DNA of 25,127 bases, from the IMG/VR virus record IMGVR_UViG_3300044210_000030, positions 1 to 25,127 of that record. One strand, 5' to 3'. Source of the stretch: a virus (lineage: Duplodnaviria > Caudoviricetes). This document shows positions 24,270-25,127 of this stretch, one piece after another (position 1 is the first letter of the stretch; each line of letters starts with the position of its first letter). The position numbers and the translations under genes were made by a program. The notes beneath the pieces are model-generated. The model searched no databases. It was given only the letters and a program-made list of their open reading frames with translations, and was not told the DNA's origin.

Positions 24270-24863
24270 ATGAACATTTCAGAAATTCTCAAAACCAACA
24301 CATCCTCTTTCAAAGCTCCGTCTCGCTTTCCGGCCGGGAATTACATGGTTGTGATTACGGGGTACAACATGCTCCCGTTTTTCTGGAAGAAATCCGGAAT
24401 ACACGGTTTGACCTACGTCCCGACCATCCGCCCTATTTCTTGCATCGAGGCGGATGACGACTCTAACCCGGACCTTCAGGCCGAACAGCAGAATGCGCTG
24501 GATACATATGGTGATTGGGCGTCACGCGAGTTTCAATTCGCTTATAACTCCCGAGAAACCAATCAAAAAATGGCCTCGGTAAGCGAGATAAACTTTCCTC
24601 TTATCGAGTGCGACGATAGAGGTAATCCAGTAGGAATACTGGAAAAGCACGCTTGGCGGTTTTACTTGCGCGACGACAATGGGAGCCAACAGGGCTTTGT
24701 GGTGGATGTTTTGGGCTTGAGCTACCCGAACGGAGAGGAACTGGGAACGATCATGGAGGATACGATTGGTAAAAAGTTTCTGGCGGCGTTCGCCTACGAA
24801 GCAAACCCAAACGACCCGTCTCGACCACCTAATTTGGTAATCCAGTCTGTAACTAGGGCATAA
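24270..24863 (+). CDS. Putative ssDNA-binding protein
   Basis: P..PAG.Y.V.I N-terminal motif, acidic and aromatic composition, IGKKF...F.YE C-terminal strand. Directly after the Sak4-like ATPase. Confidence 0.55.
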   Translation: MNISEILKTNTSSFKAPSRFPAGNYMVVITGYNMLPFFWKKSGIHGLTYVPTIRPISCIEADDDSNPDLQAEQQNALDTYGDWASREFQFAYNSRETNQKMASVSEINFPLIECDDRGNPVGILEKHAWRFYLRDDNGSQQGFVVDVLGLSYPNGEELGTIMEDTIGKKFLAAFAYEANPNDPSRPPNLVIQSVTRA

Positions 24864-24864
24864 G

Positions 24865-24904
24865 TTTTAGCGTGTGGGGGGCAATGGCCCCCCACACGCT
24901 AAAA
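24865..24904. terminator. Perfect 18-bp hairpin after the SSB-like gene (terminator or processing site)
   Basis: TTTTAGCGTGTGGGGGGC-AATG-GCCCCCCACACGCTAAAA. Confidence 0.6.
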
Positions 24905-25062
24905 GAATTAAACTAGGTCTGATAAAACGCATTGCTGCACAGACGACTTTTTTGCGTGTCAAGAGGGTTTACTATGCGGCAGAAAAAGCGATGGATCATA
25001 CTGGGATAAAGAGGCGCAAGCCTTGTTGGAAGAACGGCAAAACCAACGGTAATTGAATTACA

Positions 25063-25127
25063 ATGGAAAAAGAAACATACTTCGCGTCGTTAGAGCCAGA
25101 AAGTCCAAAAAACACAGTGAAAAAAGA
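25063..25127 (+). CDS. Partial ORF running off the window edge
   Basis: ATG 25063 (MEKETYFASLEPESPK...) is open to the end of the window. Confidence 0.35.
   Translation, partial: MEKETYFASLEPESPKNTVKK

Noticed and set aside
24874-25056. 60-aa ORF in the track
   Set aside because: It starts at a GTG inside the hairpin stem with no SD and has no recognisable features.
1-25127. Stop-codon reassignment or prophage integration features
   Set aside because: Genes are full length under code 11 and end in all three stop codons; no integrase, att site, tRNA or host genes were seen.

Overview
The window is a fragment of a tailed dsDNA bacteriophage genome (Caudoviricetes) with two divergent arms. 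The minus-strand arm (1-13.8 kb) is the late/morphogenesis region. In transcription order it carries a PD-(D/E)XK endonuclease, a 66-aa helical-hairpin protein (candidate Acb2/Tad1-like immune-signal sponge), TerS, TerL, an inserted C5 DNA methyltransferase, portal, scaffold and an N4-gp56-type major capsid protein. It continues with accessory virion proteins, two paralogous head-tail adaptors, a Ser/Pro-repeat protein, a lysis cassette (GH24 lysozyme, holin, embedded lipoprotein) and two paralogous signal-peptide-bearing FN3/Ig-like proteins. The plus-strand arm (15.3-25.1 kb) is the early/replication region: small ORFs, an SF1 UvrD-like helicase, a Cas4/RecB-like Fe-S exonuclease, thymidylate synthase, an AAA_24/Sak4-like ATPase and an SSB-like protein. 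The arms are separated by about 1.4 kb of non-coding DNA with a ~370-bp degenerate palindrome around an A/T core, 10-bp tandem repeats and a five-copy CCGCGYGCAA motif (candidate origin or genome-end region). Several near-consensus sigma70 promoters are overlapped by perfect inverted repeats. No integrase, tRNA or CRISPR array was seen. All family assignments come from motif recognition by eye, not from database searches.
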